Counted from the first letter of the stretch, positions 1 through 9,540 are shown. The stretch is DNA of 64,000 nt from Candidatus Moanibacter sp. (GCA_965215885.1 CBDCEW010000098.1:32001-96000); one strand, 5' to 3'. Program-made: numbers and translations. The notes: generated by a model from the letters alone, not told the origin.

Positions 1-173
1 TCGCTCCGTGTCGCATTCTACATTTCCTGGAATAAGAAAAAAACCCGGCCAACCAAGACCCCTGCGGCAAAAACACTCAATAGTCCGAGAGTCGCCCCAA
101 GAAACAAGAGTCGCTGAGATTTAATCATGACTTGAATTTTCAGGTGAGTGCGGCCACCCCTCCGGGCAAAGGG

Positions 174-262
174 AACCCACCCCTTACCCCTCCCAGGAGG
201 GGAACTTTATCAATGAGCCCTAAGTGCAAAGATCCCCTCCTGGGAGGGGTAAGGGGTGGGTT
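174..262. repeat. REP-like 30-bp perfect inverted repeat with a 29-nt loop
   Basis: AACCCACCCCTTACCCCTCCCAGGAGGGGA (174-203) is the exact reverse complement of 233-262. Confidence 0.85.
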
Positions 263-576
263 TCTTCAAAGCAAGATCACACCTTAGGAATTCGTAGCCG
301 ATCGACTCCGGCCACACCCCGAACAGCACACCCGACTATTCTTGCGCGGCTCAATCTGCACCACAATCGCCTCCTCCGATTTCACCATTTCCATACTCGC
401 CTTTGCGTAAACAAAGCTCTTGAGCCAATAGCACCGATTCAGTAGCGTTTTGATGAGCACTGGGTCCTCCGTGTTCAGGATGTATTTTCGGTACTACTTT
501 CATCCTCGGAACGGCCCGGTGTGCAAAGAAAACACCGACCGCCAGTCGAAGCGCATGTTACTGTAGACCCCAAAAA

Positions 577-3500
577 TCAAGTGGGTAGCGTCAGACGCGG
601 GCGTTCGCCAAAGTCTGGCAATTTCGGTGGATTCTCATCCATCTGTTTCAGAATCTCTTCGATCGCGCGATCGAGCTGCGGGTCGTTGCCCTCTTTGAAG
701 TCCTGAGGACGATAATCGACTTCGATGTCGGGATCGGTGCCGTAATTCTCCACTTCCCAGCCGACATCGGTGAACCAGAATGAATATTCGGGCTGGGTCG
801 TGAGGCCACCGTCAACGAACCGCGACTGAGGATTGATGCCGATCACCCCGCCCCAGGTCCTCTTACCTATGAGGAGCCCCAACTTCATCAGCTTGAAGCA
901 ATGCGAAAATATATCACCATCCGAACCCGCGAGTTCGTTGGTTATTGCTACCAGAGGTCCCAATACCGAATCATAGGGATACGGTACGGGTTTACCCCAA
1001 CGTTGAATGTCATATCCGATCCGTCGCCGTGCAAGTTTCTCCAGAATGAGCGGTGAGACATGCCCGCCCCTGTTAAACCGTACGTCAATGATCAAGCCGG
1101 GACAGCTTATCTCCGCGAGATAACCCCGATGAAACTCGGCAAAACCATTTCCAACCATATCGGGAATGTGAACGTAACCGACTTTTTCGTCTGTCTTCTC
1201 GCGGACATAGGTACGGTTTCTTGAGACAAATTCCCGATAACGGGCTTCACGTTCACTTCGGAGGGCTTTGACGATGACTTTCCGGTTTCCGCCACTCTCC
1301 GAATCACGAATGGTCAGCTCAACTTCCTGTCCACCGAGGTTCACCAGGAGTTCACCGGGAGAACGCTCCCTGTTAAGTCCTTGACCTCCAACCGCAATGA
1401 TGCTGTCGCCCACCTTGACGTTGATTCCGGGCTCGTTAAGTGGAGAGTCTTTCGTTTCTTCCCATGCATCGCCGTGCACGATGTGGGTGAGGCGATACTC
1501 GCTCGTCTTCTCATCGCAGACGAAATCCGCGCCGAGAAACCCCTGTTGATAGTTCGGTGAAGAACGGTAGTCCCCGCCAAACTCATAGGCGTGCGAAGTA
1601 CCGAGTTCTCCCTGCATCTCCCACAACAGGTCAGAGAATTCGGAACGCGTCGCAATCCTCTCCAGCAATGGCAGATACCGCTCATAGACGCGCTCCCAAT
1701 CGACATCCGACATGTCCTCTGTCCAGAAATAATCACGCTGGAGCCGCCATGCTTCCCGATACATCTGCTTCCACTCGGCGGTCGGCACGATGGAAGCTTT
1801 GATCCGATTGAGATCAAGCCAACCGCTGCGCCGACTCGGTTCATCACTTCCTTTAGATTTTCCGTCCTCGCTCGGTTTCTCGCCCGCCTTAATTGCGCGG
1901 AGTCGATCACCGCTTCGATAGATGAGTACTTTGCTGTCCCGCGAGAGGACAAACGAATCGACGCCAGTCACAACCTTGTCCTTTTTCTGTTCTTTGAAGT
2001 CGTAGAGGTGAAGCGTCCCTTTCGGCTCGGACTCTTTGCGGGGAAAGGTCTGAATTGCGGACTCGACCGGAAATGATGTGAACAGCACTTTATTTTTCAT
2101 CCCCGCAATCCTGCCATAGCGACCCTCTGGATATGGAAACGCAACTACTCGCTGTTCAATTCCTTCGAAATCTATCTCAATCGATTTTTCCTCTTCCTCG
2201 TCTCCATTTTCATCTTTCTTCCCTTCCCCCTTTTTCTCTTCTTCCTTCTTTTCCTCCAACGGCCGCGGCAGGGGAACGAATGGATTCAACACGTCCTTTT
2301 TCAACGTCACCAGCATTGGGCGCATGGCCTGCGGGAAGCTTAACTCGAAGTGGATGTGGTCATAGACAGGTTTAAATTCGCGATATGAAAGAAAGTAGAG
2401 CTGCTTACTTTCAGGGTCCCACGCTGGGCCGAAGTCGAAGAACTCGGCCGGTGTTACCATCCACGTCTCACCTGTTTCCACTTTGCAGACTTTGATCGAA
2501 GTAGTACGTTCAGTAGACGCGAACCCATAGGCAATCCAGCGTCCATCGGGCGACCATGAGAATCCAGCGATGTTGCCGTATTCACTTCTGTCGAGTCGTC
2601 GAAGTTCCTTTGTCTCCAGATCGACGAGTAACAGTTCGAATCGATGATTGCTTATCGCGATCTGGTCATTCTGGGGTGAGACTTCCAGTCCCGTTGATCG
2701 ACCGATGTCAATACCTTCGAGGCGCACGATATTCTCTTCAGCGTCATGGGCGTGGATCTCAACTGCTTCTTCTCCGCCCGCATCGGAGATGGTTACGAGG
2801 CGTTTCCCGTCGTTGAGGAACTGCGTCAGACGATAGCGAACGCCGTCACGCTCACCCTTCTGGAGCACGGCGCCTTCCCAATTCGCCATTGTAAACGGCT
2901 TCCCGCGCACGGTCAAAACGAGAGCGTGCCCGTCCGGATGCGCATAAAAATCCTGGAGATACTTTGCGGGACTCGTGAACTTGCGTTGACGCTGAATACG
3001 GGGACTCCGAAACTCAATATCAACAGGCACGTCTGAGTCGCTTTCGATGTCGTATACAAAAAGGTCTGCACCGGCGTGGTAGACGATACGCTTCCAATCT
3101 GTCTGTGCCCAGCGAGCGTAGTATTCTGTTTGATCGGTATGCTGCCTTAACTGTTCACCCGTCGGCAGACAGGAGTAGATATTCCCGATGCCTTCGTGGT
3201 CGGAAATGAAATAGATGCGTTCACCGATCCACATCGGGGTGGTAAAATTGCCATTTGCCGGCTCAAGCAGTTGAAAATCCCCATCGCCCTTCACATCAAC
3301 CCAGAGCCGCCCCGCCGTGCCTCCTCGATAGCGCTTCCAGGTCGCCGGATCTCGCGTCATGCGACCCAGAGCGACACCACCGGATGGACCAAAAGTAACG
3401 TGTTTGACCGGGCCGTAGGGGTGGCGCTGGGGTTCCCCACCTTCCGGTGAGACGCTCCACAACCAGGTCCAATGCGGCTCGCCGGCATCGCTCGAATAGA

Positions 3501-3798
3501 GGATTTCAGACCCATCTGGGTTCCATCCGACTACGGTTGCGTTCGATCCCTGGTAAGTCAATCGCCTCGCCTCGCCGCCTTCCGCGGGCATGCAATTGAC
3601 TTCCGGCGGACCCTCCTCGCTGCCTGTAAATGCGAGCAATTCGCCATTTGGCGATAAACAGGGACCGCCCACCTTACTGAGATTTGACGTTAGCCGACGC
3701 GCGATTCCGCCATCGACCGGAACCGTCCACAGATCGTCCTCGCTAACGAAAACAATCGTGTCTCCGCAAATCGTGGGGAATCGGTAGTATCCATGCAT
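577..3798 (-). CDS. tri: Tricorn protease homolog (S41 family; beta-propellers, PDZ and Tsp-like domain)
   Basis: 1073 aa. N-terminal GYYRFPTI..IVFVSEDDLW, plus GELGTSHAY, DVRFNRGG, AGSDGDIF (catalytic Ser) and GKRTWGGVIG motifs. Confidence 0.95.
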   Translation of the reverse strand: MHGYYRFPTICGDTIVFVSEDDLWTVPVDGGIARRLTSNLSKVGGPCLSPNGELLAFTGSEEGPPEVNCMPAEGGEARRLTYQGSNATVVGWNPDGSEILYSSDAGEPHWTWLWSVSPEGGEPQRHPYGPVKHVTFGPSGGVALGRMTRDPATWKRYRGGTAGRLWVDVKGDGDFQLLEPANGNFTTPMWIGERIYFISDHEGIGNIYSCLPTGEQLRQHTDQTEYYARWAQTDWKRIVYHAGADLFVYDIESDSDVPVDIEFRSPRIQRQRKFTSPAKYLQDFYAHPDGHALVLTVRGKPFTMANWEGAVLQKGERDGVRYRLTQFLNDGKRLVTISDAGGEEAVEIHAHDAEENIVRLEGIDIGRSTGLEVSPQNDQIAISNHRFELLLVDLETKELRRLDRSEYGNIAGFSWSPDGRWIAYGFASTERTTSIKVCKVETGETWMVTPAEFFDFGPAWDPESKQLYFLSYREFKPVYDHIHFELSFPQAMRPMLVTLKKDVLNPFVPLPRPLEEKKEEEKKGEGKKDENGDEEEEKSIEIDFEGIEQRVVAFPYPEGRYGRIAGMKNKVLFTSFPVESAIQTFPRKESEPKGTLHLYDFKEQKKDKVVTGVDSFVLSRDSKVLIYRSGDRLRAIKAGEKPSEDGKSKGSDEPSRRSGWLDLNRIKASIVPTAEWKQMYREAWRLQRDYFWTEDMSDVDWERVYERYLPLLERIATRSEFSDLLWEMQGELGTSHAYEFGGDYRSSPNYQQGFLGADFVCDEKTSEYRLTHIVHGDAWEETKDSPLNEPGINVKVGDSIIAVGGQGLNRERSPGELLVNLGGQEVELTIRDSESGGNRKVIVKALRSEREARYREFVSRNRTYVREKTDEKVGYVHIPDMVGNGFAEFHRGYLAEISCPGLIIDVRFNRGGHVSPLILEKLARRRIGYDIQRWGKPVPYPYDSVLGPLVAITNELAGSDGDIFSHCFKLMKLGLLIGKRTWGGVIGINPQSRFVDGGLTTQPEYSFWFTDVGWEVENYGTDPDIEVDYRPQDFKEGNDPQLDRAIEEILKQMDENPPKLPDFGERPRLTLPT

Positions 3799-4036
3799 TT
3801 ACAGTCGTGCTTTGAAGCTTATAGTAGGAAAAGTGTAAACAATAATCAGGGGGTCTTACCTAGAGAAGGGAGTTTAACAGAAGGAAACAAAGGTAAACGA
3901 AGAGGAACGGAAAAGAAAAAACCCAACTCGAATGCATATTATACTGAAGAAGGTTCACAGAGGGTCACCGAGTTGTACACGGAGGCACCCAGCGCAGCCG
4001 AGCCGCAACCAAAACAAACGCAGGAATAGAAGAGAA

Positions 4037-4336
4037 ACCGCGGATGACACGGATTGCACGGATAGAGATTGGATTGGAAGGAAGAGAGCAGAATTCGCTT
4101 TACTCGCGTACGCGAGTGAGGGAACGGGTTAGACAGGAATCGGCAAGAGCCGGCCGGCTTTTGCCGAATCCTGTCTAACCCGTTCAGGCGCGTCTTCACG
4201 CTAAGCGAATTCTGCTCTCTTCCTTCCAATCCCACATCCATTGGCCTGTATAATCCTCTCTTACACATTACCCTTTCTGCGTATTATATACTTCCCAACT
4301 AACATGCCATCCGTGATGATCCGTGTCATCCGTGGT
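4037..4336. repeat. Nested palindromic intergenic element
   Basis: 30-bp perfect IR 4071-4100/4203-4232 encloses a near-perfect palindrome of about 64 bp (4122-4185). Outer 9-bp periodic GGATGACAC-type repeats lie in inverted orientation at about 4041-4063 and 4309-4335. Confidence 0.8.
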
Positions 4337-4602
4337 ACTATCTCTTAGCGATCCTCAATTTTCTATCATATTAAAAACCAATACCTTATGTGTATCCGTG
4401 GAGAAAAACTTGCTAAGAAAGCAAGGTTCTGTGAAATTGTAATACGGAGAGGACACGGGTGCGCGATGTCGTGTCGATATTGGGAAACTGCATTTTATAT
4501 TTCGTGCACTGCTAGTTCCCGTTTCTTCCTGGCTCCGCATGGAACCTGCATGATATGTAGCCGACCCGCATGGCAGGACGATAACGGTGTCGCAATTAAG
4601 TG

Positions 4603-5381
4603 TCAGTCGGCTTCGTCTCGACTATCCTGTTCGGCAATCCGGAGAATGGCGGTGGGAATCTCTCTAAACTGATCCACGACCTCGTCGCAGGTCCCAGGTT
4701 GGGCAAAGAATGCACTTCTCATCCAGATTGCCTTTAATCGCTTCGGGTTTAATTCCCCGAAGCTTGCTTCGTTTCTAATTCATAAAGTCTAATATCAAAT
4801 GCCTCGGGGCTTGCCCCGAGGATCTTTACTCCGACAGTCTTAGCCGCCATCACATCGTCATCCGGATTGTCTCCGATAAAGATACTCTTTCCCGGTTCTG
4901 TCTCGAGCTCGGACAGGCATCGCAAAAAGATCTCTCTCTCCGGTTTCTTAACACCCTCTTCTCCGGAAATCTTAACTGACCTGAACAGACCGCGAATTCG
5001 TAAACTGTCGATCTTTCTATTCTGTGTTTCCCTACTTCCGTTCGTGATCATCCCCAGTTGATAGTCTTCACTAAGGTTCTTCAAGACTTCCACCGCGTTT
5101 GGAAATGGAATAGCGGCGCTTCCAAAATCGGACCGGTAATTGGAAGTTAAAGATTCGCGTAGCTCGTTACCCAAGTTAAGCTCGGATGAAAAACGTTCAT
5201 AGACTCTCTCCGCAGCTACACAACCATTCTGCTGGTATGTCATATAACGATCGATGAACGACTTCTCTGAGATATGCTGAGACAACTCAAACATACGATG
5301 CTGCTTCACCAGAAAATTGCGGAGTGTAGCACTCCTGTCATGAATGGTCTCATCGAGATCGAATATGATGGCTTCAATCAT
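4603..5381 (-). pseudogene. HAD-family hydrolase interrupted near its 3' end by a 92-bp insertion
   Basis: FDLDET, ITNG, KP and IGDNPDDD HAD motifs. Removing 4737-4828 restores ...AAKTVGVKAIWMRSAFFAQPGTCDEVVDQFREIP...DEAD* (stop 4603-4605). Confidence 0.85.
4732..4828 (-). mobile_element. 92-bp non-autonomous element with subterminal hairpins (IS200/IS605-derived PATE-like)
   Basis: Hairpins CCTCGGGGCAAGCCCCGAGG and CTTCGGGGAATTAAACCCGAAG near the ends. Bounded by a TAAAG direct repeat (plus-strand CTTTA at 4732 and 4824). Disrupts the HAD ORF. Confidence 0.7.
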
Positions 5382-5865
5382 GGATTGCTAACTCGCGCTT
5401 TTCCCTGGCTGCGTCTGGATCTTGCACGGTCTGGACTCGTTCAATTTTCTCCACGTAGGCGGACCTCAAGCCAGCATTTCTTGCCCCTATTAGAACGTGA
5501 TCTCTGTACCAAGAAAATGGGCGCAGAGATTCATTGATATTCGTAGCAAGGTAGGTGAACGCTTTCGCTTCCACCCCGTTGAAGTCAACCAGGTGCACGC
5601 TCTTCTTCTTATAGCCATGCCCCAGTCCCTCGATCTTGTCCAGTGATTCAATTTCCCCTGGATCGAGGTCGAAAATTACCCCTTCCACCACGTCGGCATC
5701 GGATCCTGTATAGAACGCATTGCATTTCGCCGAACGATCTCCCCCAACCTTATGAAATCGCAGGTCGTGACTCTTCAGTAAAAAGACACCAACACATTGT
5801 GCACTCGGTGCTCGTTCCCGAAGACGATCAATCGCCATGTTGGACCCGTATGCGAAGTACTTCAT
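5374..5865 (-). CDS. Gamma-glutamylcyclotransferase (AIG2-like) family protein
   Basis: YFAYGSNM and LDKIEG motifs; overlaps the HAD start. Confidence 0.9.
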   Translation of the reverse strand: MKYFAYGSNMAIDRLRERAPSAQCVGVFLLKSHDLRFHKVGGDRSAKCNAFYTGSDADVVEGVIFDLDPGEIESLDKIEGLGHGYKKKSVHLVDFNGVEAKAFTYLATNINESLRPFSWYRDHVLIGARNAGLRSAYVEKIERVQTVQDPDAAREKRELAIHD

Positions 5866-5968
5866 TGCACTTCCGACTATCGACCGGCCTCACCAATCGT
5901 CCAGACGGGGAATTGCGTGAGGGTCATGTTTCAAAGTCTCTTCTCTCGATTCGGGAAAATGCGAAGAT

Positions 5969-6033
5969 CGAAAAGCTTCCGCTTTCCGCTTCAATCTGAT
6001 TCGAAATGTGTAGCGGAAAGCGAAAGTTTTTCG
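5969..6033. repeat. Dispersed hairpin repeat, copy 1 (copy 2 at 61315-61379)
   Basis: CGAAAAGCTTCCGCTTTCCGCT...AGCGGAAAGCGAAAGTTTTTCG; the left arm is identical at 61315. Confidence 0.8.
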
Positions 6034-6083
6034 TCTTTCTGGCCTCGGAGCCATGCTCGAAAATTGCACGCGTTGCAGAATGT

Positions 6084-6323
6084 TCAAATCAAACGGGGTA
6101 GTTCATCAGGCGGCACCAATACCTCAATCGAGCGGGTTTGTCCCGGTTTCCTCCTGATCAATCCCTTCTCATCCAGTTTCAGTACCATCTGGTGAACAGT
6201 CGGGGGTGATACTCGAAAATAAAACTGGATATCGGCTTCGGCCGGCGGACGCCTGTGCAACTTTGTATAGGTGTGTATGTAAGCAAGGTATTGCCCTTGT
6301 CTCTCGGTATATTTTGATTCCAC
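6084..6323 (-). CDS. Small LexA-N/MarR-like winged-helix DNA-binding protein (probable GTG start at 6323)
   Basis: YTERQGQYLAYI...PPAEADIQFYFRVSPPTVHQMVLKLDEKGLIRRKPGQTRSIEV resembles the LexA DNA-binding domain. Confidence 0.75.
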   Translation of the reverse strand: MESKYTERQGQYLAYIHTYTKLHRRPPAEADIQFYFRVSPPTVHQMVLKLDEKGLIRRKPGQTRSIEVLVPPDELPRLI

Positions 6324-6568
6324 AACTAGGACATAAGTTTCACGCACATTAGTTGCTTCATGCCCTTGCATAATCTGTGAACAGTCGTTTCCCATTTCTC
6401 TGTTATACAAACTTGAAATGCTTGTTTCCTTCTGTTCAGTTCTCTTTCCGATTCGTTGCCCCTCATTCATTCGTTGCTTAATCATTCTCCCGCTCAGCGG
6501 GATTACGGCTTTGCAGCGCTGCGCTCTATGCGTTCTTCTGTGGCAATTTCTGTTTTCCTATTTCTGTC

Positions 6569-6645
6569 TTAAAACGTCGCCAATCCGGCATTCAAAAGGG
6601 GATGTCCATTTCACTTTCTGAATCGTCTGATTTGTCTTGTTGGCG
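6569..6645 (-). other. attC-like integron cassette recombination site
   Basis: Minus strand: CGCCAAC-AAGAC-AAATCAG..ATTCAGAAAG-loop-CTTTTGAAT..CGGATTG-GCGAC-GTTTTAA, i.e. AAC/GTT cores, 5-bp spacers and an imperfect stem. Confidence 0.6.
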
Positions 6646-6954
6646 TTCCTCTCGCTGATGCTTACGGGCTTTCCGCTCGGCCTGTTTCTGCTTCTTGTCT
6701 CGAACCATCTGCTCGATCGACCGGACATTGGCAGGACGCTCTTACCCGAAACGCTTGAAATAGAGAATTTCAATGAACTCCGGGAGAGGAGCCTTCCACG
6801 GTTTCTGCTTGTGGTTCGCCTTGCCACCGAACCTCTTCGGATTCATGCCGAGTTCTCGCGCCATTTGGATGTGCGCGTGGGAAAGATGGAAGCGCTTGCG
6901 CGTATCAACCCACGGCTGGTACTTGGGCGAGAGATTCTTCTTCCGTTTCGCCAT
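6592..6954 (-). pseudogene. Basic hypothetical protein with an in-frame premature TAA (6742-6744)
   Basis: After ...LYFKRFG* the same frame continues ERPANVRSIEQMVRDKKQKQAERKARK...MDIPF* to 6592. Confidence 0.65.
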
Positions 6955-6957
6955 ACC

Positions 6958-7305
6958 CTACTCCTCCACTGGAAACAATAGCTCGTTTCCATCAGGGTCC
7001 TTAATCTCAATGACGGGAAAGCCCCACCACTCTCTTGTTGTTTCTATTGATCTTGCATCAATCTCCATTTGCAAAACCTCCAATTCATCTTCTTCGAGGG
7101 CGATGAAGATACGCCCTTTTCCAGCTCGTTCAGTTTCCGTCGCAAGAATGATCTCACAATCCCCTCGGGTTACTTGAGCGACAACTTTTTTTCCGTCTTC
7201 TTCATAGCCCCATGCTTCTTTGAAACCCAAAACACCTGTGTAAAAATCAGATGCGGTTTCAAGATCAGTGACGAAGAAGACTGCTCTCGAATACCAATTA
7301 GCCAT
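6958..7305 (-). CDS. VOC/glyoxalase family protein
   Basis: FFVTDLETASDFYTGVLGF and WWG..IKDPDGNEL motifs. Confidence 0.9.
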   Translation of the reverse strand: MANWYSRAVFFVTDLETASDFYTGVLGFKEAWGYEEDGKKVVAQVTRGDCEIILATETERAGKGRIFIALEEDELEVLQMEIDARSIETTREWWGFPVIEIKDPDGNELLFPVEE

Positions 7306-7435
7306 CTCTACTTCCTACGTACTCGAATCGGCTATAAACTGGTAGGTTACGTTGAGCAATAGCAATGAAGATTCGATTTTTCCTCATCGCACCAGACGCA
7401 ATTCGTCTATTGTATCTGATTTCGGTGAAAACCCC

Positions 7436-7526
7436 CCACGTTCTTGTCACGCTGGGCGGGACGGCTACAAAGTTTCGTAAGTCGTTGATATTTGTAGCCG
7501 TCCCGCCCAGCGTGACAAGAACGTGG
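7436..7526. repeat. 36-bp perfect inverted repeat with a 19-nt loop (REPIN/MITE-like)
   Basis: 7436-7471 is the exact reverse complement of 7491-7526 and contains a GTAG-type REP motif (GTAGCCGTCCCGCCCAGCG). Confidence 0.9.
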
Positions 7527-7605
7527 ACGAGGTTTCCAAAACGACGGCTTGTTCAGCAGAATCATATCTATACATAGTACGCGAAATTACTCACGATCAG
7601 AGAAA

Positions 7606-8229
7606 ATGACTGAAGACCGTCCCAACATATTCGTAATCGTTTCACACGACATCGGCAAGCACCTCGGGTGCTACGGAGTTCCCCAGGCGGGCACTCCCCA
7701 CCTCGACCGCTTCGCCTCGGAGGGTATCCGTTTTGATCGATTCCACAGCACCTCGCCCCAGTGCAGCCCGGCGCGCGCCTCCCTCTTTACGGGGCGATAT
7801 CCGCACAGCCACGGGGTGATCGGTATCTGCGCGGCGACCTTTGAATTCGATCTCAATGAGGACGAGAGACACCTTTCGCACATCCTGCACGAAAGCGGCT
7901 ACGACACCGCCTTGGCCGGGTTTCAGCACGAGACCCTCCGTCCTCACGACCTTCCCTTCGACCGATTGACCTGCAAGGACTCCTCGTGCGACAGTGTAGC
8001 AGACTCGATCATTTCCTTCCTGCACACACAAAAAAAGGGAGGGAACCCTTTCTACCTCCAAGCCGGATGGTCTCAGGCGCACAGGCCGTTTGAGAGACAC
8101 GATACTCTTCCCTACTCCGAGGAAGGCATTTTCATTCCGCCGTGGATCGAAGACGAACCGTCGGCGCGGCCGGAAGACCGCGAGTGGGTTCTTGGAAAGA
8201 AGGCACCAAAACTGTGGCCGTTTGCCTGA
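7606..8229 (+). pseudogene. Sulfatase (S1, formylglycine type), C-terminally truncated
   Basis: RPNIFVIVSHDIG and CSPARASLFTGRYPHSHG (CxPxR) motifs. Only about 207 aa, versus typically more than 400. Homology appears to end near IPPWIEDEPSAR, where the ORF runs into cassette/attC DNA. Confidence 0.8.
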
Positions 8230-8265
8230 CTTGGGAGCCCGGGCAAAGGTGGAGCACGGTTAGCC
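8206..8265 (-). other. Degenerate attC-like site
   Basis: GGCTAAC core contains the stop codon of the upstream cassette ORF. TTTGCC..GGCAAA stem and CACAGTT end; the right L box is poor. Confidence 0.4.
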
Positions 8266-8553
8266 TTTGTACAGCAGGGTTCCGTCCGCATCCCAAGGCT
8301 CCTGAGGCAGGTGGTGTAAATTCCAAACATAACGGACCCGATCAAACTCCGCCTGATGCTTCATGATCTGGAAAATCTCCACCGAAACAGCCAGGGAGAC
8401 CAATCGCCGTGCCTCACCGGGGGAACAGCCCTCGGATTGCAGGCGCTCAATAGTCTGACGAGTCTCCGGAGGCTTATCGTCGCGTATTTGGTTTTCCACC
8501 ACTTCGAGAATGGCAGCTCTGACTACTTCGTGACGTGGTTCTTGTTCATGCAT
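8260..8553 (-). CDS. Hypothetical helical protein (cassette gene)
   Basis: 97 aa from ATG 8553 (AILEVVENQIRDDKPPETRQTIERL..., DUF1841-like appearance), flanked by attC-like sites. Confidence 0.7.
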   Translation of the reverse strand: MHEQEPRHEVVRAAILEVVENQIRDDKPPETRQTIERLQSEGCSPGEARRLVSLAVSVEIFQIMKHQAEFDRVRYVWNLHHLPQEPWDADGTLLYKG

Positions 8554-8561
8554 ATTCGATA

Positions 8562-8625
8562 AGGTAACGCTAGCGGTGTGGCGCGGCGGCGCAAGCCGAC
8601 GTTGCCCACGACCGCATTGATCTAC
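8562..8625 (-). other. attC-like site (left core AAC mutated to ATC)
   Basis: Minus strand: GTAGATC-AATG-CGGTCGTG..GTCGGC-TTGC-GCCGCC..CACACCG-CTAGC-GTTACCT. CGGTcGTG/CACACCG pairing leaves one extrahelical base, as in attC. Confidence 0.6.
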
Positions 8626-8659
8626 GTTTCTGGTAGCATTCGGAGCCTTAACTGTGAAC

Positions 8660-8860
8660 CTAGTGCCCGTCGGTTGCACTTCCTCGCTGCTTCTTCTCTA
8701 AATCGCACAGAATGTATCCGATCAAGCCGCCGCCAATTGCTACCCCTAGTAAGATTCCGACTGTACCGGCAAAATTCAGCCCGAGAATTGCGAGAACCGG
8801 CAGCGCCAAGAATGCCGCGATGGATTTCCAGTTCAGACATATGGATGAGAATTGATTCAT
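8660..8860 (-). CDS. Small membrane protein with two hydrophobic helices (first cassette)
   Basis: 66 aa with hydrophobic segments; lies between the candidate attI and the first attC. Confidence 0.55.
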   Translation of the reverse strand: MNQFSSICLNWKSIAAFLALPVLAILGLNFAGTVGILLGVAIGGGLIGYILCDLEKKQRGSATDGH

Positions 8861-8912
8861 TTTTTTCCTCCTCCTTTTCGTAGATCATACAATCGCAGAC
8901 CAGTTGCTTTTT

Positions 8913-8919
8913 ACTTAAC
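8913..8919 (-). other. Candidate attI core site GTTAAGT
   Basis: Matches GTTRRRY, in the AT-rich region between the intI remnant and the first cassette. Confidence 0.35.
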
Positions 8920-9116
8920 TGCTGATAGCCCCGATACGTTGTAAGTTTTTGGTTATTTGCTGGTTAACTCGGTTGAAACAGCGTTTAACGTCCGGTAATA
9001 TGCAACCTGTCGTCAATATTGTAATATGCGACAGGTTGCATATTACCGGAATACCGGGAAAAAGCAACAGTAGATGCTTGCAAATTGAATAAGATAGTGG
9101 ATATTTGTTCACTAGT

Positions 9117-9285
9117 ATGGAAGATGAAGTTGGGAAGCATTTCTGGGTAGGCGTTCGGGCGGCACTGACGGAAGAAGCAGGATTTGAAACATCTACGGTG
9201 AAATATCGTTGTAATTGGTTGAGACGATTTCTCGACGATGATTTACACGCATGTCTTGAACCGCGGTGGTAAAGGAGTGCGGCTT
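9117..9285 (+). pseudogene. intI: Integron integrase remnant with a large internal deletion
   Basis: N-terminal fragment MEDEVGKHFW...STVKYRCNWLRRFL joined out of frame to the IntI C-terminal signature STMIYTHVLNRGGKGVR. Divergent from the cassettes. Confidence 0.75.
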
Positions 9286-9397
9286 CCTACCCTCACGGTG
9301 ATACAGGGCAGATCGGATATATGCGGTTTCGCATTCTCTAACCCGAAGATAGGACGATTTCTTCCACTGAGGCGGGATCGGTATTGGGAATTTCGGC

Positions 9398-9540
9398 TTA
9401 GGAATCTGTCGGGCTTAGAATTCCTAACATCCCCGTGGTGCCGATTTCATCGTGACAGATCGACATTCCGACACAGATGAGACCGACAGATTCCTAGCAG
9501 CCTGATGAAAAAAGTTCGAATAAGTCCGACAGGCTGCTAG
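9398..9540. mobile_element. Two tandem YTAG-flanked MITEs (TIRs GGAATCTGTCGG and GCAGCCTG)
   Basis: TTAG-GAATCTGTCGG...CCGACAGATTC-CTAG-CAGCCTG...CAGGCTG-CTAG. The last CTAG is the oleB stop. Confidence 0.75.

Noticed and set aside
18..128. 36-aa hydrophobic minus-strand ORF (MIKSQRLLFLGATLG...)
   Set aside because: Could be a small membrane peptide or a frameshifted N-terminus at a T7 run; undecidable at the window edge.
4560..4636. attC site after the HAD gene (GCCGAAC...GTTATCG)
   Set aside because: The left core is plausible but the arms pair poorly and the spacing is wrong; at best a remnant.
9106..9119. LexA box upstream of the intI remnant (TGTTC-ACTA-GTATG)
   Set aside because: Only one half matches the TGTTC-N4-GAACA motif reported for Verrucomicrobia; too weak to call.
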